In this document: piece by piece, positions 28,101 to 37,313 of the stretch
How positions within the stretch are numbered: position 1 is the stretch's first letter
How the letters are laid out: each line of letters begins with the position of its first letter
Translations under genes and position numbers: made by a program
The notes under the pieces: generated by a model
The model's database searches: none
Told to the model about the DNA's origin: nothing
What the model saw: the letters and a program-made list of their open reading frames with translations, nothing else
IMG/VR virus record: IMGVR_UViG_3300048838_001413
Location: 4,836-68,835 of that record
Length of the DNA stretch: 64,000 nucleotides
Source: a virus
Strand: one strand, 5' to 3'

Positions 28101-28331
28101 GGCTTCGATAAAGTCGAAGTGTTTGTGCAGCATCACGAATTTAATTGCATCACCCCCGACGCCGCACCCGAAACATTTAAAGGTGTTTGTACGCGGAAAC
28201 ACGAACATTGAAGGTGTTTTCTCGTCGTGAATCGGGCAGCAACCTTTGTAATTAACGCCGGCTTTATTAAGGGTTATATACCGACTGATGATGTCGTAAA
28301 TTGGTGTGTCGTGTATTTCGTCGGTTTTCAT
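25134..28331 (-). CDS. DNA primase (CHC2 Zn finger + TOPRIM) fused to a P-loop helicase-like domain
   Basis: CPIHDEKTPS...CFGCG; FRNRIMFPI; VEGNPD; DGD; GPKGAGKT. Confidence 0.92.
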   Translation of the reverse strand: MKTDEIHDTPIYDIISRYITLNKAGVNYKGCCPIHDEKTPSMFVFPRTNTFKCFGCGVGGDAIKFVMLHKHFDFIEACKTIAKDHALTIDLKSDIPYDPEANAKREKLFSIMRMAQQFFVDQLRLPENENALIYVKERFSEDIIVKWSIGYAPDSWQALSDYAISKGHNIADLMAVGLVSQKNDKTFDTFRNRIMFPITNESGSIIAFSGRVTPHEKDPKTPKFINSRETEIYSKSKSFYGITTAINEIRKTKHAYLVEGNPDVIRMQEVGPINTIAPLGTGLTDQHVTFIAKYCTRVTIIGDGDAPGMLAVDNHAVKFINAGLFVNVITLPMFKEKEKKEDPDSFFAKTDFYEYEAQNISDYILWFCKNKATLASKPDQKQQIIAYVSDLIGKFSSSTQELYIEQVSAIIKPKKAWTDELKQINKLNAPDEKKEDNRFKIPEFVKADDFEKFGFYEDDNQYFFNTKNGVVRGSNFTMKPLFHVQSVIDSKRLFEIKNEFGYSQIIEFMQKDLVSMQSFRLRVESLGNFLWEASEIELNKLKRYIYEKTETCTEIKQLGWQKHGFWAWGNGIYNGQFSKVNEFGIVRHHDTNYYIPAFSKIYEREDSLFVAERKFIHMPGQISMAEVVFKLETVFGQNARIAYCFFLATCYRDIIANRFGFFPVLNLFGPKGAGKTEMAISMLHFFGKLQKGPNINNTSKAALADHVAQHANALCHIDEYKNNVEFEKIEFLKGIWDGTGRTRMNMEKDKKKETTNVDIGLMLTGQEMPTADIALFSRLIFLTFNQTEYSDTEKTNFNDLKVILNAGVTHLTHQVLSHREHFLNTFFESYDFVCTQINSLLDDQVIEDRIFRNWAIILAAFHTLADKVPVNFSFKSLLEMTVPLILRQNSETKKTNDVANFWEIFNFLVKERELLEKVDFLVKTETKVNIGERNYDFTPPADVIYLNHTRIFQKYRKHGASTRDFVLPIKTLEFYLMNSKEYLGKKLSCPFIMKEGESSDFDMSGKVKRQITTAHAFHYENIVKNYGINVITTQVDDENNQNLPGTTQQPQNDLFNKSGEIIPPF

Positions 28332-28401
28332 ATTCGGGAGAGGTTATGGAAAGGGGTGTTGGCTTTAGCTTTTGTGGGACGAGGGGGACGGGTGTGGACG
28401 C

Positions 28402-30027
28402 TCATATAGCTTGTTGTTTGCTGCTGATGAACTGATTCAATGCTTTTACAACCGGTTCAATAATAATTCGTGCCCATTCGGGCGGGACTGCATTTCCAAT
28501 GAGTTTGGTTTGCTGTTTGCGGGATAATCCAAGTTGTTTATTGGTAAAATAACCTTTTGGGAAGGTGCTGATCTGCGCCAGTTCTTCGGGATCGAGGAAA
28601 CGCATTTTGATGTCGAAATCAATTTCGCCGTTCAGTATAGCGGTAATGAGTGCTTTGTTGGTTGGGCTTGTGGTGATTGTACCGAGGGGATATTCAAGGT
28701 TTTGGCTTTGTGATTGCTGGTTTCCTGAACTTGAAAAGTGAGCCGTAATGAATTGAATCTTTTCCTTAGTGGTAATTGAATTTAGAGGCTCGTCGATGGA
28801 TTGGTTATTGCCCGTTGAAAAATGATGGCTGATAAGCTGAAACTTTTCTTCAGTACTTGTTGCTCCGAGCGGTTCTTCCAGGCTTTTTGCATTTGCACCG
28901 GGATTGCCGTTGCTGTTGTATTGTGCAGCAATAAACTGCTTTTCGATTGTAACCAGGTGTTTTGAATTTTCGGTGGTAATTGTATTTGCTGGTCCATCAA
29001 GATCGTGAGCTGTTGTTTCGCGGCCATAATAATCGCTGAGGAATTGAAGTTTTTCAACGGTAATAAGTTGTTTGGTTTCGCGTGTCAGGATTGGATTGAG
29101 GGGTTCGTCGGGGGTGTTGAAATTGTCGGTATAGCAATGATCGGTAACGAATTGTTTTTTATCAACAGTAACCAGAACATGCCGGTCTTTTGTGGTAATG
29201 GTATTTAAAGGAGCGTGGATTGTCTGAGCGTTTAATCCGCTTCCGTAATACTGAAAAATGAAGCAGAGTTCGGGTGCATATTTTTTTATACCTCCGGCAA
29301 TTCGTTTGAGTGAATTAGGCACAAGCGGAACGCGCTTTCCTTTTCTGACATTAGGATTAAACTGCCTTCCGAAAATGCTTTCGCCCTCTTTTTCGAGATT
29401 GATAAATGATTTGCAGGCCACCCATTTTTTGAGTCCACCTTTACCGGTTTTGCTATGTGTTGGCTTTGGCCAATCGATTGGTAATCCTATTTCGACCTGA
29501 ATAAAGAAAGCGAAGTATCTTACTCTTCGGGTAGGTATTCCGAAATCTGCGGCATTGCAAATCATTTCGTGGTATTCATACCCGAGGGCTTTGATTGCAT
29601 TTTTCCATCGTTCGAATTCCTGCCCTTTTTTTGATTTATCGATTGTGCCATCGGGTTCAACGGGAGCCCAATCACGAAATTCCGGGACATTTTCAATCCC
29701 CACGGCCAAAGGCATACCGTGTTTGATATATCGCACAAGTTCCCAGCCGAGGGTATAAGAACCTATCTTTTTATTTTTCCCGCCATTGGCCCGTGAATGT
29801 TGTGTACATTCGATTGAAGCCCACATAAAATCGACCTTTTCGACTTCGTGTTCGTCCTGTTTGTAAATGTCGGCCCAAAAGTGTTTAATTCCTTTGTGGT
29901 TGAATAAATTGGTTCGGATAGCAAGTTTGTCGTGATTGAGCACATACTTAACCTTTAGACCAGGTATCTTGCTCATTGCTTCAGTAACTCCGCCACCACC
30001 GGCTAAAAAATCTCCCGCTGTTATCAT
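28402..30027 (-). CDS. DNA (cytosine-5) methyltransferase
   Basis: FLAGGGG, ECTQHS, ENVPEF, TRRVR, IGNAVPP motifs. Confidence 0.9.
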   Translation of the reverse strand: MITAGDFLAGGGGVTEAMSKIPGLKVKYVLNHDKLAIRTNLFNHKGIKHFWADIYKQDEHEVEKVDFMWASIECTQHSRANGGKNKKIGSYTLGWELVRYIKHGMPLAVGIENVPEFRDWAPVEPDGTIDKSKKGQEFERWKNAIKALGYEYHEMICNAADFGIPTRRVRYFAFFIQVEIGLPIDWPKPTHSKTGKGGLKKWVACKSFINLEKEGESIFGRQFNPNVRKGKRVPLVPNSLKRIAGGIKKYAPELCFIFQYYGSGLNAQTIHAPLNTITTKDRHVLVTVDKKQFVTDHCYTDNFNTPDEPLNPILTRETKQLITVEKLQFLSDYYGRETTAHDLDGPANTITTENSKHLVTIEKQFIAAQYNSNGNPGANAKSLEEPLGATSTEEKFQLISHHFSTGNNQSIDEPLNSITTKEKIQFITAHFSSSGNQQSQSQNLEYPLGTITTSPTNKALITAILNGEIDFDIKMRFLDPEELAQISTFPKGYFTNKQLGLSRKQQTKLIGNAVPPEWARIIIEPVVKALNQFISSKQQAI

Positions 30028-30085
30028 AATTGATTTGGTTAATGCACGCGCTCAGACAGCGCGTGCATATGGATTGAATGAATGC

Positions 30086-30406
30086 TTAGAATTCTGCTTC
30101 CGGATCAGCTTCGTGGCCTGGCAGCTGAATTTTCATTTTGCTGACATACTCTTTTATGTCCCATGCCTGAATAGGAGCAACCCTGAGATTACGTGCCATT
30201 TCCCGTGCAAGATCTTCGGTGATTGGGTTGATGGCGTAGATTGCTGTAATGTTGACGATTCGGGTGAACTGAGCTGAAGATTCTGTTTCGGGAACGTCGA
30301 TACGTACCATCGCGCCTCCGGCGATAGATTCTTCGGTAACTAATCCGGCAATGCGTGTGTGGCCAAACAATTCGACCAAAGCCCATGCTGAAAATTTATC
30401 GTTCAT
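30086..30406 (-). CDS. Conserved phage hypothetical protein
   Basis: VELFGHTRIAG...VRIDVP. Confidence 0.7.
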   Translation of the reverse strand: MNDKFSAWALVELFGHTRIAGLVTEESIAGGAMVRIDVPETESSAQFTRIVNITAIYAINPITEDLAREMARNLRVAPIQAWDIKEYVSKMKIQLPGHEADPEAEF

Positions 30407-30481
30407 AAAGATGATTTTTAAGTGACCTTTCGGCCACGGTTAGAAAAATTGAATTATTGAGAATTAAATCCGGGATTACAG

Positions 30482-31456
30482 CTAAGGAATCTGGTTCCAT
30501 TCCATACCATTGAGCAGTCGGTTGTGGATGCCTTTTTTGGCTTTTGAGAGAATGGCAACAGGATATTTACAGGTTTTCATGTCGCCTCCGCATTTTGGGA
30601 TTGTGCCGTCGATGCTAACGAGTTTATCGCCGGGTTTTACCCACATTTTCTGCTGCCATTCGAGGAATCGGTTGAAGTATTTGAATTGTGGCACCCCGTT
30701 AGACATGTTGATCCATGAGGTATAATATGCACCCCAGCCTTTGAAGAAGAAAGGTTTATCGAACAGAACGCACTGCCGGCGGATATCTTCAACCCAATGC
30801 GGGTGCATGGGTGTGGCTTTGTTTCCGGTCATTCCTCCACAGATAACCCATTGTATGTTTGAGATATAGTTATAGAAGCGTGGGCTGATGAAGTCGAGCA
30901 GGAAATTGCGCCTGAGCAGGTGGGTGGTGGTGAGGTTGATGGGACCGGTGAGGGGTTCTATGCTGACGAAGCGAACGTGTGCCGGCACATTAATAAGAAC
31001 GGGAATTCTATCGTCGGCATCGGCCTGGTTTGTGACAGTAACGCCGCACCATATGTTTTGCGGCAGTTTTTTGAGGTCGTTGGCACTTAGCCATGTTTCG
31101 ATGTAATTGAGCATGGTGTCGGCCTGCTGAGTAAGCAGCATGAAGGTGTGTTCGCGGTGCGTATTCATAACCCTCATAACCGCGAAGAATTGAGCTATGG
31201 TGAAAGCGGGATCGAATAAATCGCCCATTGAACCGACGAAAACGCGTTTTGGTTTTCTCCATTTAGAGGGTTCGTTGATCACTTCGGGATGGAAAGTTGG
31301 TAAAAAACCGTTTCGATACTTTTCGCGAACTTTCGGATTTGGATTGTTTTTCATCCGGTTGGCGAAACTTTTTGCATAGCAATTCGGGCATGATTTAGAA
31401 CAACCAGTAATAGGATTCCAAACTGTGGGTGCCCATTCGATTTTACTGTCTGACAT
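30482..31456 (-). CDS. Phage Gp37/Gp68 (DUF5131) radical-SAM-like protein
   Basis: SKIEW...WNPITGCSKSCPNCYA (CxxxCxxC), FVSIEPL, WVICGG, PFFFKGWG. Confidence 0.88.
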   Translation of the reverse strand: MSDSKIEWAPTVWNPITGCSKSCPNCYAKSFANRMKNNPNPKVREKYRNGFLPTFHPEVINEPSKWRKPKRVFVGSMGDLFDPAFTIAQFFAVMRVMNTHREHTFMLLTQQADTMLNYIETWLSANDLKKLPQNIWCGVTVTNQADADDRIPVLINVPAHVRFVSIEPLTGPINLTTTHLLRRNFLLDFISPRFYNYISNIQWVICGGMTGNKATPMHPHWVEDIRRQCVLFDKPFFFKGWGAYYTSWINMSNGVPQFKYFNRFLEWQQKMWVKPGDKLVSIDGTIPKCGGDMKTCKYPVAILSKAKKGIHNRLLNGMEWNQIP

Positions 31457-31499
31457 TGTTTGAGGTTTTGAGGGTTAAAGGGATTATTGGAATGAATCT

Positions 31500-32222
31500 T
31501 TAAGGTTTGCGGTGGTTTTCATGTTTTGCGGTTTCCTCGTTGATTAACAGGGTTACAAAATTTTCGGATTCTAAGAGAATTTTGGTATTGTTGTATAATT
31601 CCCATGTAGGGTTAAGGTTGCCTGTGTACATGGGGATTGCGGAAAGCGTGTCGTGAATGGAAAGCAGGGCAACTTGTATGGAGTTACGGACAATTTCACT
31701 GGGGTATTCGGTGCCTGTTATAAAGCTACTGCCGACAAATCCGTAAACGAAAGGGCGGAATTTTTCAAAGAGTTCCCGGGCTTTGATTTCTTTTTTTGAC
31801 ATTTGGCAATGATCGTTCACAATGATTTCGAATGTTTTGTTTCCGATGGTAATAGGGCCGATGCCTGATTCCAAATGTTCTCTGACCTGGGCTAAGAGTT
31901 GGTCGAACTTATCGGGGTTTTTTGAAGCAACTTGTCTGGTTTGTGTTTCAACCTGTTGCCAGAATTGGGCTTGGGGGAATGGCTCAGGTTTTTTGATGAT
32001 TGCAGTTTCGGCAGCTATGTATGACTCGGAGATCATGTATTTCTTTTTGTTTGGTTGTATGTGCATGGTGTCAATGCAATTGATACAAGTTTTCATTCCC
32101 ATGTATGTACTGCTGCAATCGCACCCACATCTATGACATTTTATTGACCGATCTTGCGCCAGTTCCCTGTCTTGCGCCATTTGTTTAAGGGTTTCTTCTG
32201 ATAAGTTGTTTGATTTTTTCAT
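31500..32222 (-). CDS. Hypothetical protein with Zn-ribbon-like cysteines
   Basis: CHRCGC...CINC. Confidence 0.65.
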   Translation of the reverse strand: MKKSNNLSEETLKQMAQDRELAQDRSIKCHRCGCDCSSTYMGMKTCINCIDTMHIQPNKKKYMISESYIAAETAIIKKPEPFPQAQFWQQVETQTRQVASKNPDKFDQLLAQVREHLESGIGPITIGNKTFEIIVNDHCQMSKKEIKARELFEKFRPFVYGFVGSSFITGTEYPSEIVRNSIQVALLSIHDTLSAIPMYTGNLNPTWELYNNTKILLESENFVTLLINEETAKHENHRKP

Positions 32223-32263
32223 GGTGGGGTTTGGGTTGGTTAATAGGATATATACTTTGTTTC

Positions 32264-32773
32264 CTACTTATGTGCATCGCCTCCGGTAAGCTTGCACAGG
32301 AACTTCATAATCATTTCGAGTTCGGGATTTCGAAAGGCGTAAGAGAGATAATCAACCGGCTTTCTGTAATGATGTGCATTACATTTAATATGATGCCTGC
32401 AAGCCTTTGCTGATAAGAACGCATTGGTATAAACTTTTTGAGTTGATATATGAACTTTGCGGTAATTGACCTCGAGAATATTTTCTCTGGCCAGCCAATC
32501 CATTTCGCTAAAAAGTTTTTCGTGTTTCTTGTTACCGATTTCCCATTCTTTGTATTCAAAAATGGCTTCTTTAATTTCTTTCTCGGTGCTAATTACGCTC
32601 CCATCGCAATGCCATGCTTCTTCACCCTGGCCTTCTCCTACCGATATTTCAACTTCGTCCTGTACCTGAAATATGTAAGGCATGGCAGTTGCCCGGTGGT
32701 CTTGTGTATTTAATTCCTTTGATAAGTTCATTAAGAACTCATACATTTCGTCGCTTACCTGTATTGTTTTCAT
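32264..32773 (-). CDS. Conserved phage hypothetical protein
   Basis: TQDHRATAMP...RNPE. Confidence 0.7.
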   Translation of the reverse strand: MKTIQVSDEMYEFLMNLSKELNTQDHRATAMPYIFQVQDEVEISVGEGQGEEAWHCDGSVISTEKEIKEAIFEYKEWEIGNKKHEKLFSEMDWLARENILEVNYRKVHISTQKVYTNAFLSAKACRHHIKCNAHHYRKPVDYLSYAFRNPELEMIMKFLCKLTGGDAHK

Positions 32774-32780
32774 GTTTTAA

Positions 32781-33038
32781 TTATTTGAATAAATCAAGTT
32801 GATCAAGTTTTTTCTTACTGGTTTTTGAGTCGATAACTTCGACTTCGTTCAGGTACATTACCGGATTTTTAGGATCGAGCAGAAAAGATGCGAGAATCAT
32901 TTTGGTTCCGATATATTCGTCGAGAAGTTGTTGTGCTTCTCTCCTGGCTTCGGATATACTGCCGACGATAACGCCTTCGTGTTGCTTGTATCTTGAATCG
33001 ATACAGAATACAATGTATCGTAAATCCGTGATATCCAT
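32781..33038 (-). CDS. Hypothetical protein
   Basis: 85 aa, ends QLDLFK. Confidence 0.65.
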   Translation of the reverse strand: MDITDLRYIVFCIDSRYKQHEGVIVGSISEARREAQQLLDEYIGTKMILASFLLDPKNPVMYLNEVEVIDSKTSKKKLDQLDLFK

Positions 33039-33046
33039 TTTGCGCT

Positions 33047-33367
33047 TTATTTTTCGGGTTCGGGAGATTCAATAAGTTCTACAGTTGCGGCCATGAATAA
33101 CAATTGATTCATTCCGGCCTGGTTGTAAACCTCCGTGTCACTTATTTTTAATAGTGCCGGAATTTCTTCGATGTTATTGGCTTTCATCACAACCTGTATA
33201 AGATCCTTAAAGGGTTTTATCCGATCGTTGTATTTATCTCCGAAGAAGTTTTTTGCAGTATCTCTACAGTCGTAAAGCTTTGCTGCCATTTGTACTTTGT
33301 TCATGCGGTGGGAATTATTAATCGTGATAAATGGTTGGCCTTTCGACGTTTTTTGCTTTTGCTTCAT
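33047..33367 (-). CDS. Hypothetical protein (start uncertain)
   Basis: ORF in operon. Confidence 0.6.
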   Translation of the reverse strand: MKQKQKTSKGQPFITINNSHRMNKVQMAAKLYDCRDTAKNFFGDKYNDRIKPFKDLIQVVMKANNIEEIPALLKISDTEVYNQAGMNQLLFMAATVELIESPEPEK

Positions 33368-33884
33368 TTTTAAGCTTTTTGATAAGGTCGTCGTTTGGGT
33401 GCGGGGGGATGATTGCGGTTCTATCTATTTGCGGGATTTGGGCAACCGGCTCCGGCTGAGCTTCGGTTTCTCCGGTGGGTGCCTGATCGGTGGTTTTGGG
33501 TTCTGATGGTTGGGGGTGTTTGCGGCGCGCTGAAAGTGGTTTGAGGTTGTGCCCCCGTTGCTGGTGTGCATATTTCATCTGATGGCTTCTGCAGCAAAAT
33601 TTATGTCCCTGAACCGGGGTAATCTTGTCGCAAAACAGGCAGCGAGAAGTAATTTCATTTTCATTAAGAGAAGCTATTGCTTTGGTTTTGGTGGTTTGTA
33701 CCTGAAGCTTATCCATGGCTTGACGCAGCTGTTTGTTATATTCTTCAAGTTCGGCTCTGGAACATTTCAGGTCATTCATCTTGCTGATTAATTTTTCCAT
33801 TTCATTCGCGCTCTCAATGAGCGCCTTGGAAAGAGAATTGATTGCCTGTACGAATCCGATAATTGTTTTGGTGTTGATTTTCAT
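33318..33884 (-). CDS. Coiled-coil/Zn-finger hypothetical protein (start MKINTK)
   Basis: CLFC...FCCRSH. Confidence 0.6.
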   Translation of the reverse strand: MKINTKTIIGFVQAINSLSKALIESANEMEKLISKMNDLKCSRAELEEYNKQLRQAMDKLQVQTTKTKAIASLNENEITSRCLFCDKITPVQGHKFCCRSHQMKYAHQQRGHNLKPLSARRKHPQPSEPKTTDQAPTGETEAQPEPVAQIPQIDRTAIIPPHPNDDLIKKLKNEAKAKNVERPTIYHD

Positions 33885-33886
33885 GG

Positions 33887-34486
33887 TTATTTGATTATTG
33901 GGTTTTTTAAAAGGTACATCCATGTTTCGAGGAATGCTTTTTGGGCAAATCGTGGTTCCCAGTTCCATTTGTCGGGCTTATATTTACAAAAGACAGAGCT
34001 TTTGAATTGTATGTCTTTTTGAAATAGGGTGTTGTTGTAAAATAGTGCCTGTTCTTCGAGATCAAGGGCGAGATCGTCGAATTCTTTAATGAGCGGATAT
34101 TTGTCGTAGTTCAGGTAAAGTGACTTAAAAACAGCCCTGAGAATGCGATCTTCGATTACGCTGTATTTTGAGCCGAGCATGATTTTGAGGGGACGTATAA
34201 CATCGCCGCAATAGGCTTCAGCGGCATCGTGCATCATTGCGATTTTTGCGAGTTCGGGACCGGCGAGCCAGGCCACGAGGCATGAGTGCTGAGCGACTGA
34301 GTAGAAACAATTAATGTTTCCGCCAAACCTGCACATTTTGGAGAGCGCGCTGGATATGTCGAAAATACTGATCTCTGTTGGGTCGGGGTCGAGCAAATTG
34401 ATGATGTGCCCCGAAGCTGTTGTCATGTGGCCAAATGGCAGTGATTTAAGGAAACTGCTGTTGGTTAACTGGATTTTTTGCACCAT
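33887..34486 (-). CDS. HD-superfamily phosphohydrolase (YfbR/5'-deoxynucleotidase-like)
   Basis: CRFGG...YSVAQHS...MHDAAEAYCGDVIRPLK. Confidence 0.85.
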   Translation of the reverse strand: MVQKIQLTNSSFLKSLPFGHMTTASGHIINLLDPDPTEISIFDISSALSKMCRFGGNINCFYSVAQHSCLVAWLAGPELAKIAMMHDAAEAYCGDVIRPLKIMLGSKYSVIEDRILRAVFKSLYLNYDKYPLIKEFDDLALDLEEQALFYNNTLFQKDIQFKSSVFCKYKPDKWNWEPRFAQKAFLETWMYLLKNPIIK

Positions 34487-34631
34487 TCGTGTATTAGTTT
34501 AAGATGAAGCTTTTGCAGATAAAAGTACCGGTAGGCCATTAATTGAATGGTGAGGAATCGGGGATCTTGCCGCTGCATGATTGCATTGACTTTATTGATT
34601 TTTTGCCAAATGCAAATTTCCTCAGCGGTCA

Positions 34632-34880
34632 TCATGGATAGATGTTTTTGATGTCGAGGCGAATCAGCTTGTTGTCGTGCGAAACAATCACATGATTGCT
34701 TGCGATTTCGGATATGGTGCATGCTTCCCGGTTTCCGCCCAGGAAGAAGGTGCATTTCTGACCTTTTGAGAGGTTCCGGATGAATTTTTTGTGTTTGAGG
34801 TTTTCTCTGATATAGTATGCGACTATCAGAACATTCGCAATGACGATAAACGCGAGCAAAAATTTGGTAGCGTTGTTCAT
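34632..34880 (-). CDS. Small membrane-anchored protein
   Basis: N-terminal TM helix. Confidence 0.6.
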   Translation of the reverse strand: MNNATKFLLAFIVIANVLIVAYYIRENLKHKKFIRNLSKGQKCTFFLGGNREACTISEIASNHVIVSHDNKLIRLDIKNIYP

Positions 34881-34884
34881 GGCT

Positions 34885-35073
34885 TTATGAATAAGAGTGA
34901 ATAATAAGATCGTCGATTTCGTTGAAGTCGATTTTTGATTTTAGAATTGCCAGCGCACCTTCATTTGAAGTTGTCTTGATGGTGATGGTTCTTGGCGATT
35001 CGGCTCCATGTACCATTAGTGAGTAACTGATGGTTATGGGTCTGGCCTTTTTTCTTTTTTTGAGGGGATTCAT
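34885..35073 (-). CDS. Hypothetical protein
   Basis: 62 aa ORF. Confidence 0.55.
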   Translation of the reverse strand: MNPLKKRKKARPITISYSLMVHGAESPRTITIKTTSNEGALAILKSKIDFNEIDDLIIHSYS

Positions 35074-35112
35074 ACCTAAAAAGGTTTTATGATTACACTA
35101 ATGTGGATATGC

Positions 35113-35337
35113 TCAATTGAGGGAATTGATATTTTGTTTGATGTCGTTAAGGTTTTTCTGATGATTTTCGGCCATCTCGATCAGGTGTTTCATGATCTCG
35201 ATATTGTGCCTTTTAAGGGTTGCCACTTTTTGGATGTGGCTTTTGGAAAACTTCTTATCCATTGACTCCCAGCATATTTTGACGTAACGTGCTGGAAGTT
35301 TATTTGTTAAATTTTCTAAAGAATTGCAACTATTCAT
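35113..35337 (-). CDS. Putative Cro-like regulator
   Basis: First gene divergent from the repressor; small and helical. Confidence 0.45.
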   Translation of the reverse strand: MNSCNSLENLTNKLPARYVKICWESMDKKFSKSHIQKVATLKRHNIEIMKHLIEMAENHQKNLNDIKQNINSLN

Positions 35338-35493
35338 GAGAGAGTGTTGTTTTTGTGTGTAGTTTGTGCTACCTTAGTGCATAATTTGTGCGTCAAATGT
35401 ACAACCAAAAAGACGAAAATCTACTTTAGTTGATAAAAAAAGTGGATTATCGAGAAATTTATATTCAGTCTAAATAAAAACAACAGAGCAAAA

Positions 35494-35868
35494 ATGGATT
35501 TCAAGAAGATCGAAACACTTGTAAACAAGCGATTTGCATTTGTTTCAGAGTTTGTCGCAGCGTCGGGTATTGCGAATGCGACCTACTACAAAATGATGAA
35601 AACGCAAAATACTAACGTAGATACCCTGGAAAAGATCAGTTCAGCGCTTGGTGTGTCACCGGCATATTGGTGGACGGAAAGCGAAGAGCTTGTTACTCAG
35701 GAACAAAAGCCTCAATATGGCTATGTGAGTAAACGGGTTTATGATGATTTGATGGATAAATGGAACGAAGATCGAAGCCGCATGACGCGACAGATCGATT
35801 TTCTTCATAATCTGATCAATCAGCATAATATCAAGGATGCGAAATCGGTAAAGGAAAGCATTGGTTAA
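35494..35868 (+). CDS. XRE-family HTH repressor (CI-like)
   Basis: SEFVAASGIANATYYKM...VDTLEKISSALGVSPAYWW; divergent arrangement. Confidence 0.85.
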   Translation: MDFKKIETLVNKRFAFVSEFVAASGIANATYYKMMKTQNTNVDTLEKISSALGVSPAYWWTESEELVTQEQKPQYGYVSKRVYDDLMDKWNEDRSRMTRQIDFLHNLINQHNIKDAKSVKESIG

Positions 35869-36033
35869 ACAACTAATGTAGATATTCCTCCACTTTAATA
35901 CATTGAAATATAATGTATTAGTAATATATAACTAACACATAAACTAATAGAAAGATGTTGAAAAGTGTATTAAAAAGAGTAAAAACAAATTCACAATACG
36001 CTGAGAATCAGGTATTGGGTGGTGTTGTAGCGT

Positions 36034-36051
36034 GTCCTGCTCCCGCTACCA
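36034..36051 (+). other. Putative attP core (initiator tRNA-Met 3'-end-like)
   Basis: GTCCTGCTCCCGCTACCA resembles a T-arm 3' side, acceptor stem and CCA; no tRNA 5' part upstream; lies just upstream of the integrase. Confidence 0.7.
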
Positions 36052-36075
36052 ATAACAGTTACAATGTTGAAAATG

Positions 36076-36107
36076 AGGCGTTTGCGATGTGCGAACGCCT
36101 TTGTTTT
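36076..36107 (+). terminator. Terminator downstream of the attP core
   Basis: AGGCGTTTGC-GATGT-GCGAACGCCT followed by TTGTTTT. Confidence 0.65.
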
Positions 36108-36188
36108 AATACAGAAAAATCAGACACATGGATTTGGATTGTATGTGTTGGGGTTTTTGGTGTTTATCGTTTAGTAGAGTAATAAGTT

Positions 36189-37313
36189 ATGGAAAAGTAC
36201 AGAAAAGCAAAGCTTAATGACCGGGACAATGATTTGTTGAAACAATGGTATGTTGAGTATATGTTTGAGCATCCGGAAAAGGGTGTTCTTGTTCCCTTCA
36301 GGAAGTATATTTCATTAAAACTTAAAACAGGTACGGCACGCAGAATGAAAGCGGATCAGTTGGTTCGTGAGTTAAATGAGTGGCTGGCTATGGGCGGAGA
36401 TCCGTTTGCAACGGAGAGCCTGGGAAAAACAAAAACACTTACGGCCGTAAAACGGATTCTTGCGCTGAAGAAAGCCACCAGCCGGCCACGGACTTATACT
36501 ACCTATAAGGATGCTGTAAATAAGATTGAGAACTTTTTGATTGAGCGAAAGCTGACTGATCTGGCGGTTGAGGATGTTTCGGTAACGGTTGGCCAACAAT
36601 TTTCGGATTACCTGATAGAGAAGCTCCGGCTCGGGAACCGGAGCCATAACAATATGATTAATAATATGCGAACGATGTGGACGATGATGAACAAGCGATT
36701 TAACGTTCATATCAATCCATGGCAGGCGGTTGATTTTTTGCCGGAAACAGAGCCAAGTATCGTGATGTTTACGCCGGCAGAAATGAAAAAGGTAAGAACG
36801 CAGCTTCGCAAAGATGATTTCCAGTTGTGGCTTTGCGCGGGATTGGTTTTTTATTGTGCTTTGCGGCCACAGGAGATTGTAAGATTGAAGGTGTTTAATA
36901 TTATAACCGAGGAAGAGGGTTTGCTGCTTGACGGGCGAATAACGAAGAATAAGAAAAGCACATGGGTGAATATTCCATCGCCTGAACTTGTGAAAGATTT
37001 TAAAAGCCTGAAGCTTGAAAGCCTGGATTCGGAAATGTATATTTTCGCGAAGAATTTGTTACCAGGTACAAAAGAGATAGCGCCTACCCGAATAGCTGAG
37101 CGTTGGCGAAAGTGGGCTGATGCGAATAAGATAGATAAGGGAATTTATGATTTGAAACACAATGCTGCCGGGATGGCCAGTGATGCAGGAATACCCTTGC
37201 GGGAATTGCAGCTGCATTTCAGGCATCATTCGCTGGAGCAGACAGAGCAGTATATAAAGCGATTCAGGCGGGAGGTAAATACAGGATTTAATAAGCGCTA
37301 CCCGAAGATGTAA
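36189..37313 (+). CDS. Tyrosine recombinase (phage integrase)
   Basis: ALRPQEI, TKNKK, YDLKH, RHHSLEQTEQY catalytic boxes. Confidence 0.9.
   Translation: MEKYRKAKLNDRDNDLLKQWYVEYMFEHPEKGVLVPFRKYISLKLKTGTARRMKADQLVRELNEWLAMGGDPFATESLGKTKTLTAVKRILALKKATSRPRTYTTYKDAVNKIENFLIERKLTDLAVEDVSVTVGQQFSDYLIEKLRLGNRSHNNMINNMRTMWTMMNKRFNVHINPWQAVDFLPETEPSIVMFTPAEMKKVRTQLRKDDFQLWLCAGLVFYCALRPQEIVRLKVFNIITEEEGLLLDGRITKNKKSTWVNIPSPELVKDFKSLKLESLDSEMYIFAKNLLPGTKEIAPTRIAERWRKWADANKIDKGIYDLKHNAAGMASDAGIPLRELQLHFRHHSLEQTEQYIKRFRREVNTGFNKRYPKM

Noticed and set aside
36000-36051. Complete tRNA gene
   Set aside because: Only the last 18 nt are tRNA-like; no D or anticodon arms upstream
35955-36182. 75-aa ORF across attP
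   Set aside because: Overlaps the att core and terminator; no recognisable features
36189-37313. Integrase as an integron integrase for the attC array
   Set aside because: About 21 kb away, next to attP and the repressor, and lacking an obvious IntI-specific insertion between the catalytic boxes
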